A DNA stretch of 64,000 nucleotides from an uncultured Bacteriovoracaceae bacterium (GCA_966211875.1 CBIHNP010000009.1:29233-93232); one strand, 5' to 3'; counted from the first letter of the stretch, positions 39,281-48,217 are shown. Numbers and translations: made by a program. The notes: generated from the sequence alone by a model not told the origin.

Positions 39281-39712
39281 AATGATCTGTTTCACCTAGT
39301 TTAACTGTTGAATGCTACTGAACTCCAAATTGATCCATCACTATTCCCAAATAGCCTCCTCAAGGTTGCATAGACAAAGGTACTTATGAGTCCTCCTTAT
39401 GGACTTTCAAAAAGCTCTCGTGCAAAGACAATGTCCTGCAGTTCAATTAAGAGAGCCCCACCCTTCTTTAGCTGTAAAAAGAATTGATATCGATATCATT
39501 GTTGTCTTGATAAATTTCAGGTTGATTTGCCGGAACAGAGGAAGGAAATTCTTCTTTGGCGATAAATTTAAATCTAATCATTTGGTTCTCGTTTGAATCG
39601 CCAATTTGTAAATAAAAGCTCAGCAGAATTTTTCTACGTGGTGTTTTGTAAAAAAAATGTAGTGGCTTTTAATCGAGAGGGCGAACTTCTGATCTACCTC
39701 TCAGAGGCGCCC

Positions 39713-39747
39713 AATGGCGATCCTTGCGAACATTTTCAGTAGAGATG
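39713..39747. repeat. weaker tRNA-3'-half/att-like remnant
   Basis: aatggcgatccttgcgaacattttcagtagagatg shares aatggcg with the tRNA end. It shares ttg.gaac / cattttNa / gtaga blocks with the 38791 remnant. The alignment is gapped. Confidence 0.3.
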
Positions 39748-39777
39748 TTCTCAAGTTTTTATAATTTCGTTCTAGAT

Positions 39778-40473
39778 TTAATTTCCTGAATTTTTCTCAG
39801 TGATTGATAAAAGTTGAGCTAGCTGAATTCTAGTTGCTTCATTGTTTATCTGTTTTTTACAAATAGAAATAGATAGGCAGTTATAAAACGACAAATATTT
39901 AATTTGATCAAATTGTTTTAAGTTTGAATTTGTTGTAGCAAGGAAAATAAAGAGTGATTGGGCGTACTTTTCAGATTCTGGTTTTATATTAATACTTGAA
40001 ATAAAATCTGTTCGATAAAACTCAAATAATTTTATTAGCTCATCGATATCTAATTTGTTGCTTTGGTCACGATCATAATCATGAAAGATAGATTCAATAT
40101 TAATTAGAGAAAAAACAATTTGATTCATCTCATTTTTATTTAAACTTGTCTTATCATTGGAGTTCAATTTTAGATCAGCTTCGATTTCTTCAAGATAAAT
40201 TTCGCCATTATTATCTTCACCTAAAAATGCTTTTAAAGATGAGAGTGATTCTTTTAAGGCCCATTTATCGAGCAACATAGGCAAAAGGAGATTGTTAAGG
40301 CATTTACGTTCAATCCTTTCTTGATCAATATTATCTCGGCATACAGAAGTTAAAGTTGCCGTGACTTCATTCAGTTTTAAAAACTTTTCTGTATTTAAAG
40401 CGCTTAAAGAATTACTTGCATAAGATGAGATACTCGCTAGGAATAATACACAAAGGACAATCATTTTTTTCAT
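39778..40473 (-). CDS. secreted EF-hand-like calcium-binding protein
   Basis: Signal peptide. Canonical 12-residue loop DRDQSNKLDIDE (positions 1,3,5,9,12 = D,D,S,D,E) plus a weaker DNNGEIYLEEIE loop. Confidence 0.55.
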   Translation of the reverse strand: MKKMIVLCVLFLASISSYASNSLSALNTEKFLKLNEVTATLTSVCRDNIDQERIERKCLNNLLLPMLLDKWALKESLSSLKAFLGEDNNGEIYLEEIEADLKLNSNDKTSLNKNEMNQIVFSLINIESIFHDYDRDQSNKLDIDELIKLFEFYRTDFISSINIKPESEKYAQSLFIFLATTNSNLKQFDQIKYLSFYNCLSISICKKQINNEATRIQLAQLLSITEKNSGN

Positions 40474-40687
40474 AACAACCTTCATAAAATAAAAATTCTT
40501 TTAATAGTACTGAATATTTAGGCTAGAGTGGAGAGAGGGTTGTAAGGGATATAGAGGTGTCTAGGATTTAGACACTTTTTTAGAAAGTTATCTTAAATTT
40601 ACAGCTGCTTACCATCTTGACCATAACTTGATTATTCAACCTTTTAGATTTTGTAAGAGGAAGTCGAAGAGCCTTGATCAAGGCTTT

Positions 40688-43687
40688 ATGCAATTTAAAA
40701 TAGCAATCAAAGTATTCCAAATTTCGTTCTTTTTTATAATTCCTTCAATATTGAAGGGTGAAGTCTTGTATAGCAATCGAGGAGTTTCTAAGTCAAATGA
40801 ATCATCTAATCTTCTTGAGCGAATACAGAGTATCCCAAAGTTTTCGAAACTAGTTGATCTGACTGGTGATCTTGCCAGTGAAAAGAATTGTTCTAGTACT
40901 CTGGAAGATGTTGGGAAAATGGTGAATGGGTTCAATGGCTGTAGTGGCTATTTATCTAATGAAGAGAACATTAATAAAAGTTCAGAGGCCATTAAAACTC
41001 GAGAGGATTATATTAAAGAGCTTGGGTTTAAAAAATCTGATTCGTTTATAGAGTTAGTCAAAAATCATGAATATGAAAGAGCATATCAATTTCTTCAAAT
41101 ATATTATGATGACGACGTTCTTTTTAAAAAGGATAAAAATGGGGATACCGTATTTCATGTTCTTGCTCGCGAGTGCCAAGACCCTCAAGCTCAAAAGTTT
41201 TTGCTATTGTTGTTTGCCCCAGGATATCAAACTGGTTTTATAGCTCCTTTAAAAATTAAAACATCTGAAGCAGACAATAAAAGAATTCAAAAGAAATGCT
41301 CGAGCATGACACCTGAGGAAGCCATGACTAAAATATGGCCACAAAAAATATTACCATTTTCAAATAAAAATGGAACAAATGTTTTAGACAGTATGCCGAA
41401 TAATTGCCAAGGGACTTTAATATATCAAACCCTTTCTGGCGAATTTGATACTCATCTTGGAGAATATTTATCTCGAAAAGATTTTACGCCAGCTAAGCTT
41501 AAAAGTTTATTTCCCGATTCTTATGAAAACAAAATGGCTCTTATAATGTCTACGCAGCCTATAGATAAAGTACAAAATTTTTTTGGTGATTATAATTTTT
41601 CAAATTTAGATTTTGGAAAATACTTTGAAAGATTTTTGCCAAAAACAGATGAGGAACAATATCAAGCTAATAATGATTTTATTGTTTCCAAGCTTACTCT
41701 TAGTTCAATACAAAAAGCTAAAGAAGGAAGATTAGATGATCCAACAGTTGAGCTCCTTTTAACTGCAGGTAATTTTGTACAGAAAGATGCTGATGGTGAT
41801 ACGCTTTTAGATTCAGTTCGAAAGAATAATCAGAGTTCTAAATATTTCCCCAAACTTCAAGTAGCTTTGAATAATCCTGTTTTAAGAGCAATTAATAACG
41901 AAGATAGTTCAGATCCATATTTAAATGAATTTCTTAAAAATGGAGACACTCAGAAAGGTATCGGTATCTCAATTCCTTTTTTCAAATATGTTGGCAATAG
42001 TAAGAATGAAGAATTTAAAAAGAAAATTTTTGATTACTACAGAGTATCAGTAGATTCAGATGATGGTTTTGTTAATCAGATAAATGAATTATTTTCCAAA
42101 ACCCAAGAGGTCATCGCCCCAGATCAGCTTAAGTCACTTGTTCACGATTTATGTATGATCTCTGAAAAAGTTAATAATCAGATTGATTGTGAGAAATTCG
42201 AAAAAAATATGATTTCAAACATTCAGAAATATGGAATGAATGTTGGTTTTATCACTCCTGTTTTGAATTTAATAGACCAAGCAAGCTTGTATGGACAAAC
42301 CACAATAGCTTATTTTCTAAATTCTCTTGTAAATAGAGTAAATCCCCAATTGGCAGAAGCAATAGCTTCTAGAAAAAACTTTACTACTAATATTGATCCA
42401 GCATTGTTTGAGAAAATGGTTCCATATGTACTTGATAAAATCAACCAAGGAGATGTTGAATATTCTCCAGATAGATATAGATTAAGAGAATTTGTTGCAA
42501 AAGCATTTCAAGATTCAATAGAAGAAAAATCTCCAATTATTGGTTTAGGAGTTATACAGCCAGCTCCATTGAATAGCGCCCACCTTTACGGTATTTCAGA
42601 AAAAGGAGAACCGATCTATATTAAAAGTATGATAGATAATAATCTAAGGAGCGATGGAAAAATTACTTTAAAGTCATTGCCATCTACTTTAGGAAATAAG
42701 GTGGTAGATTTGGTAAAATGCAATGATTTTTCTAGCTGCAGTACTGTTGCGATTAAGTTGACTGACCTTGCAATTGGAGGCGCTGAAAATGCAACGATTA
42801 AAGGAGCAAAAATTATAACCTCTGACGAAGATGTCAGATCTTTGATCACGTCGAGTAATTTAAATACTTGCCGGGCTGTCTGTGGTTCCTTACTTTTTAC
42901 AGATATCGCACTAGGAAGTACCTCTGAAGTGCTCTCAATTGTTAATATAGATGGTGTTGCGACCAAGGTTGCTAAGGCGAGAATTGCATCAAATGCTCTT
43001 ATTAAAGGAACCAATGTCTTCGAGTCCATAGAAGGTTTTTTTATTGAATCTGAAGAAGATTTTGTTAGAGCAAATGAATGTTCAACAAATTGCATTGTAC
43101 AAGATACATTCAATAAGGTTGCAGACAAAGAAAAATTAATAAAAATCAAAAAAGATGCGATTACATTTTTAGATTCTAAAAGTATGAAAATGGCTCAACT
43201 ACAAAAATCATTAGATTCTATTAGGGCCCTTGCAGGTAACAATGCAACCAATTTGGGAATGAGAGATTTAATAGGAGCTTTAAACAATGAGGTTAAATCA
43301 AGCATTATTCCCCAATTTCAAAATTATGTAGAAAAATTTAATATTAGCAGTTCGATAATTATGAATTCAAAAGATTCGAAAACAATCCAAAATGAAGAAT
43401 TGAACATAGCGTTAGCTGAAAATTCATTGATGAATAAAATTATTTCATTGGGCAATAGTTACAGTCAGCGAATTTATCAGCTTAATAGAGTTATTGCTAG
43501 AGAAGAAGCAATGAATAGTAGAGGAGATCCTACAGGGGCAGGAGGTCATGGACGCCCTATTGGACCACCACCGACTACAATTCCATCGATTCCTGACCCT
43601 GTTAGTACTCCTGTTGCTGGTCCATCACCATCAGTACCTAGCTCAACCTCACCCAGTGGTCTAAATATTTCCATTCCAACCTGGTAA
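40688..43687 (+). CDS. ~1000-aa protein of unknown function with an N-terminal TM/signal, two ankyrin-like segments and a Pro-rich tail
   Basis: ATG 40688 is preferred over the TTG at 40628. KDKNGDTVFHVLAREC and KDADGDTLLDSVRKN resemble ANK repeat cores (weak). The C-terminus is GRPIGPPPTTIPSIPDPVSTPVAGPSPSVPSSTSPSG. Confidence 0.7.
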   Translation: MQFKIAIKVFQISFFFIIPSILKGEVLYSNRGVSKSNESSNLLERIQSIPKFSKLVDLTGDLASEKNCSSTLEDVGKMVNGFNGCSGYLSNEENINKSSEAIKTREDYIKELGFKKSDSFIELVKNHEYERAYQFLQIYYDDDVLFKKDKNGDTVFHVLARECQDPQAQKFLLLLFAPGYQTGFIAPLKIKTSEADNKRIQKKCSSMTPEEAMTKIWPQKILPFSNKNGTNVLDSMPNNCQGTLIYQTLSGEFDTHLGEYLSRKDFTPAKLKSLFPDSYENKMALIMSTQPIDKVQNFFGDYNFSNLDFGKYFERFLPKTDEEQYQANNDFIVSKLTLSSIQKAKEGRLDDPTVELLLTAGNFVQKDADGDTLLDSVRKNNQSSKYFPKLQVALNNPVLRAINNEDSSDPYLNEFLKNGDTQKGIGISIPFFKYVGNSKNEEFKKKIFDYYRVSVDSDDGFVNQINELFSKTQEVIAPDQLKSLVHDLCMISEKVNNQIDCEKFEKNMISNIQKYGMNVGFITPVLNLIDQASLYGQTTIAYFLNSLVNRVNPQLAEAIASRKNFTTNIDPALFEKMVPYVLDKINQGDVEYSPDRYRLREFVAKAFQDSIEEKSPIIGLGVIQPAPLNSAHLYGISEKGEPIYIKSMIDNNLRSDGKITLKSLPSTLGNKVVDLVKCNDFSSCSTVAIKLTDLAIGGAENATIKGAKIITSDEDVRSLITSSNLNTCRAVCGSLLFTDIALGSTSEVLSIVNIDGVATKVAKARIASNALIKGTNVFESIEGFFIESEEDFVRANECSTNCIVQDTFNKVADKEKLIKIKKDAITFLDSKSMKMAQLQKSLDSIRALAGNNATNLGMRDLIGALNNEVKSSIIPQFQNYVEKFNISSSIIMNSKDSKTIQNEELNIALAENSLMNKIISLGNSYSQRIYQLNRVIAREEAMNSRGDPTGAGGHGRPIGPPPTTIPSIPDPVSTPVAGPSPSVPSSTSPSGLNISIPTW

Positions 43688-43689
43688 GT

Positions 43690-44421
43690 ATGAAAATTAA
43701 AACTAAAATTTGGCTATCTTTCGCAATAGACGCTTTTATTGATACATTTCTGTTTTTAATGTTATTAGCGATATTGGGCGATTACTTAAAAACAGAAATA
43801 TTAGTTAGGTGGTGGTTTTGTATTCCTCTGTTTATAATTTTTTTTCTGACTGTTTCCATAATTTCGATTGGTACGACAGCATATACATTTGGTTTTTATT
43901 TTGTTGGTTTACGCTTTATTGATTATAGAATGATTAACTATAAAAATTTTTTTCTGTTTAACGTTGAAAATTTTTCGAGGGAAAATTTAAAGCTTTCACA
44001 AACTGATGTTTTAAGGAAAAGATTATCAGGAAGATCCCAAGGTATTGTGATAGCAGGAGAGGCTTTTTTAGTAATTGCCTTAACGAAGGGACTAAGTATT
44101 ACTCTTCATTATTATTTTCCACATTTTCAACAAAAATACATTCCAGTTAATAGTGAGATTTTCATTGTGCTTTTCTTATTTCATTTTTTGTTTCCTGTAT
44201 TTTTTGGAGCTGGACCATATTCTGTTTTAACAAAAAATTACTTGTTGGATAAGAAAGGTGAGCAAGCTAGTTGGTGGAAGTTTTTTATTCGGGTTATTTT
44301 GATGATATCGACACTCGGGCTTGCTCCATATATTATAATAGATAAGAAGAAAAAAATATATTTAGACGATTGGGTTTCACAGTCGTTTTACGTTTGTCTT
44401 GTAGAGCAGAAGAATGAGTGA
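43690..44421 (+). CDS. polytopic membrane protein (weak RDD-like N-terminus)
   Basis: 243 aa with about 5-6 hydrophobic helices. Starts 2 nt after the stop of the large gene. Confidence 0.6.
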   Translation: MKIKTKIWLSFAIDAFIDTFLFLMLLAILGDYLKTEILVRWWFCIPLFIIFFLTVSIISIGTTAYTFGFYFVGLRFIDYRMINYKNFFLFNVENFSRENLKLSQTDVLRKRLSGRSQGIVIAGEAFLVIALTKGLSITLHYYFPHFQQKYIPVNSEIFIVLFLFHFLFPVFFGAGPYSVLTKNYLLDKKGEQASWWKFFIRVILMISTLGLAPYIIIDKKKKIYLDDWVSQSFYVCLVEQKNE

Positions 44422-44788
44422 AAAATTTAAACTATTTTTTGATTATTTATTTGATACAAAGAAAAAGTTAACGCGCAAATTTTTTTTAATACATTTCTTT
44501 TTGGACACATTAATAATTCTCATTCTAACTTTGGCAATTTCTTGGCCAATTGCTTTTTTTATTCTTTTAATCACCAATGCTCCTATCACTGTAGATGGCA
44601 TTCATATGAAAATGGGACTTTTTACTGGCATTTTACTTACCTTATTAATTGTACTTAACAAGTTATCAGTTATTATAAGGCGCTTAAATGATTTGAAGTT
44701 GAATCGATGGCTTTCTGTGCTTCTATTTGTTCCAATCGTAAATTTAATATTTAATCTCTTTCTTTTTTTTAAAAAAAGTGAGGATTAA
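44414..44788 (+). CDS. DUF805 (YhaH-like) inner-membrane protein
   Basis: RRLNDLKLNRWLSVLLFVPIVN matches the DUF805 RRLHD..S.WW motif. There are 3 TM segments. Overlaps the upstream gene by 8 nt. Confidence 0.7.
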   Translation: MSEKFKLFFDYLFDTKKKLTRKFFLIHFFLDTLIILILTLAISWPIAFFILLITNAPITVDGIHMKMGLFTGILLTLLIVLNKLSVIIRRLNDLKLNRWLSVLLFVPIVNLIFNLFLFFKKSED

Positions 44789-44847
44789 CTATTTATTCAT
44801 CTCAATTTGAAATTATTTTATTCGGACAGAATTTTTCTTGAGCTTAA

Positions 44848-44857
44848 AATGGCGCAC
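44848..44857. repeat. left copy of the 10-nt direct repeat aatggcgcac (candidate attL core), followed by tRNA-like ...tttcgaac...
   Basis: Identical to 56195-56204, which covers the CCA end of tRNA-Arg. Lies in the gap between convergent genes. Confidence 0.5.
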
Positions 44858-44937
44858 CCACGTAGTGGAGTTTCGAACTTCTTGTATGCTTAATGAACAA
44901 AATCAGCAACTTTATGGTTAAACCTAGTTAACTCTGA

Positions 44938-45666
44938 TTAGCTTTTTCCAGTATTAAGCTTTTTTTGCTCTTCAATCTCTTTTTCTTTCAGTTCATCTGC
45001 CTTTATAGAATCTTCAATCTCGCTATTTGCATCCTTTGACTGAACCTTTGCAAGAGCTGTTAATACAGGCCTTACAAGTGATCCTGTGTATTTGATAATG
45101 TTGAATAGGTTTGCAAGATTAACCATTAGGAGCGAATAAAAAATTACCACGATTACATTCATTACATGCTTTGCTCTTAGGGCAGAATAATAATTTCCTA
45201 CGTGAATATTATCGACAAAACTATAGTCTACAAAAGTTAGCAGACAAAAAATAATTCCAAAAACACTTAACATTAGCGAAAATATAATTACTGAATATGA
45301 AATCACCATTAATTGGATTCTAAGTGAATTAATTGCGCTAAGCTTTTTGTCAGTCAGGTCGGCTATTACATTATTCGCTGCTAATTCATAGAATGGGACG
45401 AGTGATGAAATTAATAAACCTGTTACGATTGCCAAGATTTGAATTATGTTTGATCTAAATCCATCTGTTGGAGTTGAATATTTACAAAAGCAAACAAATG
45501 CGATTCCTATTGGTATGCAAACTACCCAAACATAAAAACCCCAAGGATAGCCTTTCGCCTCTTCAGTTTCTGCCTGATGTAGCTTTACAAGCGTATCCCA
45601 AACAGTAAGTCCTTTTAATTTTTCAGCGCAGAATCTTTTAAGATTCTTGTACGAACTTGATAACAT
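44938..45666 (-). CDS. 4-TM membrane protein with a charged coiled-coil tail (unknown function)
   Basis: 242 aa with four long hydrophobic helices. Its start overlaps the upstream 395-aa gene by 29 nt. Confidence 0.65.
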   Translation of the reverse strand: MLSSSYKNLKRFCAEKLKGLTVWDTLVKLHQAETEEAKGYPWGFYVWVVCIPIGIAFVCFCKYSTPTDGFRSNIIQILAIVTGLLISSLVPFYELAANNVIADLTDKKLSAINSLRIQLMVISYSVIIFSLMLSVFGIIFCLLTFVDYSFVDNIHVGNYYSALRAKHVMNVIVVIFYSLLMVNLANLFNIIKYTGSLVRPVLTALAKVQSKDANSEIEDSIKADELKEKEIEEQKKLNTGKS

Positions 45667-46825
45667 CTAGTGCTTCCCTTTTAAAACTCGATTTAATAGG
45701 ACGTCCATCATCGTCTAGTTTAAGCTTATCAGTCACATCAATTCCCATTGAGAACTCAAGCTTCTCTCTTACTAGCAAAGTCCTTGTAACTCCATTTACC
45801 TTAATGGTTAGTGACATCTTTTTTTCTAAAGAGGTGTCGAGGTCTTTTAAAGCATAAAAGTGCTTTAACTTTGTTTCAACATACCCCTGTTTGTCAGAAG
45901 AATTTACAAAATCATTCCATGAAAATGAACCATAAGGTAAATGCATTGATCCTGAAAAAGATTGAGGTCGCGCAATCTTTCCTACTGATCCGGCCTTTGA
46001 TCCCTTAGTGACTGTAGTTGGTGATTCTAAAACCTCAACATTAATATTTGTTACCTGAGGCATAAATCCTTCTTTAGATTTTACAAAGCATGGGGCAATC
46101 CACATTTTTACCATTAAGCCTTGAAGACGAAAGTAGTTATTAATTGCCTTCTTAAAAACTGAAATAGGACTTTTACTACCTATTTCCTGTGTAATTAAAT
46201 ATCCAAGTGTAGATCCTGGTTCAAGCGCCATGAAGTATGAATAGTCCAAAACATAACTCTCTTCTTTTGACACTGCATACTTTGAAGTCGGTTTACCTTT
46301 TTCAAGATCTTCAATTATTTCTCCTGGTATTCCAGAAGTCCCCAACTTAACAACACCATATATAGAATGCGAAACCTTGTCTGTATTAGCAAATTTATAA
46401 GCTCTATATGGTTCTTTCTTTTTTGTAGGACGCTTTATAATAACATCATCATTTAAGTCCTTATACTCAGCACAGTGCTCAGTCATAAATGCAACCATTA
46501 GATCTAGGAAGTTAACTTCAACATCTTCATATTTAATCTTGTTTGAGTTTCCTGTATAAGTTTTATGAGAGATGGTATTCATTTTATCAATTACCAAATA
46601 ATCTAAGTCTTCAAGATCACCTCTATTTGTTTCTTCCTCTGGCTCCTCTGTAACTACTTCAGATTCTCCATCCTCAACTGCATCTGCTTTGGCAGATTCA
46701 GCTTCATCCTTTTTTCTTGAATAATCAATTTTTGTAAAAGCTACTTTATATGCATTTAGAAATAATCTACTACCACTCAAAACGATCTCCCTTGTTATGA
46801 TCAATGGAATATCGGTTTTTAACAT
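45638..46825 (-). CDS. 395-aa hypothetical protein with an acidic linker (unknown function)
   Basis: No motif recognised. Residues ~40-75 are strongly acidic (DEAESAKADAVEDGESEVVTEEPEEE). First gene of a two-gene unit. Confidence 0.65.
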   Translation of the reverse strand: MLKTDIPLIITREIVLSGSRLFLNAYKVAFTKIDYSRKKDEAESAKADAVEDGESEVVTEEPEEETNRGDLEDLDYLVIDKMNTISHKTYTGNSNKIKYEDVEVNFLDLMVAFMTEHCAEYKDLNDDVIIKRPTKKKEPYRAYKFANTDKVSHSIYGVVKLGTSGIPGEIIEDLEKGKPTSKYAVSKEESYVLDYSYFMALEPGSTLGYLITQEIGSKSPISVFKKAINNYFRLQGLMVKMWIAPCFVKSKEGFMPQVTNINVEVLESPTTVTKGSKAGSVGKIARPQSFSGSMHLPYGSFSWNDFVNSSDKQGYVETKLKHFYALKDLDTSLEKKMSLTIKVNGVTRTLLVREKLEFSMGIDVTDKLKLDDDGRPIKSSFKREALDVIKFVQES

Positions 46826-46880
46826 ATCTATATAAATTTTTTTGTCATCTTGTTTTTAAATTGTCATTGGAGTTTGCAAT

Positions 46881-47081
46881 CTAGTTTTGAAACACATCTG
46901 TAGGCATGAATAGTTCCTTCAACATTTTTATATGTGGGAAAAACCATTTTTCAATTTCTTTTTGGCGTAAATAGATTTGAGAGCAGTTGTGGTTACCAAA
47001 TTTCTCTTTTGTATGTTGATAGCTCGGTTGAGAATTGAACTCATATCCGTAATGAATAAGATTACTTTCCCTAGAGGTCAT
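46881..47081 (-). CDS. 66-aa ORF, possibly the tail of a decayed gene
   Basis: The same frame stays open ~130 nt further upstream (..SYDFEQFHWEICDLRGFSFKDQDNNFFIFRKV-M..) without any ATG/GTG/TTG. Confidence 0.25.
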   Translation of the reverse strand: MTSRESNLIHYGYEFNSQPSYQHTKEKFGNHNCSQIYLRQKEIEKWFFPHIKMLKELFMPTDVFQN

Positions 47082-47453
47082 AACTTTTCTAAAAATAAAA
47101 AAATTATTATCCTGATCCTTAAAAGAAAACCCTCGTAAATCACAAATCTCCCAATGAAATTGTTCAAAATCATAGGACGATTTTTCACCAAAACTGCCAT
47201 GTCTACTTCAAAAGAAGCTTAAAAATATACCCTTATTTAACCCACGAATAAGGAAAAAACTTCCCAATAAATTCAAAAATCAGGCATGTGATATAAATTA
47301 ATGTAGAGCAAATAAGTCTCCTATTATTGTCGACTAATAGAAGTCAAGGCAAAAGCCCCTTGGCTCGCTGCACATTACGGGAGTCCGGAATGAGACTGCT
47401 TAAGCTTCAATTTAGATATTATTATCAATGGAAAGATAGAAAAGGAGTTTATC

Positions 47454-47582
47454 GTGTTTGAAATTTTAGAAAGAATAATAGGTGTAATTGGTGAGGTGGT
47501 TGTATGGGCCTCTCGTCACCCAGATGTCATTAAAAAAGGATTTATATTTGTTAAGGCATTAATTGAAGCCACCAAGGCTTGA
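47454..47582 (+). CDS. possible 42-aa small protein
   Basis: AAGGAG SD 6 nt before the GTG. Reads VFEILERIIGVIGEVVVWASRHPDVIKKGFIFVKALIEATKA. Convergent with the operon end. Confidence 0.25.
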   Translation: MFEILERIIGVIGEVVVWASRHPDVIKKGFIFVKALIEATKA

Positions 47583-47590
47583 ATTATAAT

Positions 47591-47842
47591 TCATTCAAAG
47601 TTGTCATTGCATTCGTTGATTCGAGCAAGAAGACACAGAATAATATATCCATTAAGGCAGTAAGCTTCAGCATAATTATCCTTGGACTTAAAAGCTCCTG
47701 GATTCTCTTCTATGTATCTATGGACGGTCAATTGCTCTTGATAGAGGTCTTCGTAGACCTCCTTTGCAACGTCGTAGCGATTAACCAGCTCTTCGACCTT
47801 ATTGGATAGTTCTTTTAATTGTTCAAGGCTAACTGAATTCAT
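47591..47842 (-). CDS. 83-aa helical hypothetical protein (last gene of the XRE-led operon)
   Basis: ORF lies 14 nt downstream of the previous gene. No motif recognised. Confidence 0.45.
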   Translation of the reverse strand: MNSVSLEQLKELSNKVEELVNRYDVAKEVYEDLYQEQLTVHRYIEENPGAFKSKDNYAEAYCLNGYIILCLLARINECNDNFE

Positions 47843-47856
47843 TTAATGCTTATCCA

Positions 47857-48216
47857 TTAAGACTTATGAAGATATGACTTTTTGTATGCTTCAAATTCAT
47901 CAGGTGAAATAAGCTTTTCGTCTAAAAGCTTTTTCATCTCCAATAATGATTTCACATTTCCAACCTTAGCTGTTTCAGATTCACCAACATCTTTTCTCAT
48001 TTGTGAAACTTCTTTCTTAAGAGTTCTGATTACGAAATACCCAAGGGAGACTATGAACAGAAGAGTTCCAAGTGCCATGGAGCCAATTTGAAATAATTTA
48101 ACAACTATTGATTGACCGTTAAATAAGCAAAAAGCCGCAAGCATTAGACATACACCCAGTACACCTGAAACAATAAACATCTTTTTAACGGTTGGGTTTT
48201 CATTGGTAATTAACAT
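47857..48216 (-). CDS. 2-TM protein with a C-terminal SHOCT domain
   Basis: GGAG SD before ATG 48216. C-terminus LLEMKKLLDEKLISPDEFEAYKKSYL fits the SHOCT pattern. Confidence 0.6.
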   Translation of the reverse strand: MLITNENPTVKKMFIVSGVLGVCLMLAAFCLFNGQSIVVKLFQIGSMALGTLLFIVSLGYFVIRTLKKEVSQMRKDVGESETAKVGNVKSLLEMKKLLDEKLISPDEFEAYKKSYLHKS

Positions 48217-48217
48217 A

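Noticed and set aside
39399-39596. 65-aa + strand ORF in the island gap, and a 37-aa - strand ORF (MIRFKFIAKEEF...)
   Set aside because: No SD, no recognisable motif, and odd composition. More likely non-coding or fossil sequence.
44858-44890. A second, complete tRNA gene at the left end of the element
   Set aside because: The segment has a CCA-end-like tggcgcac and a ttcgaa loop. The T-stem and acceptor stems do not pair when folded by hand, so it is only a fragment or mimic.
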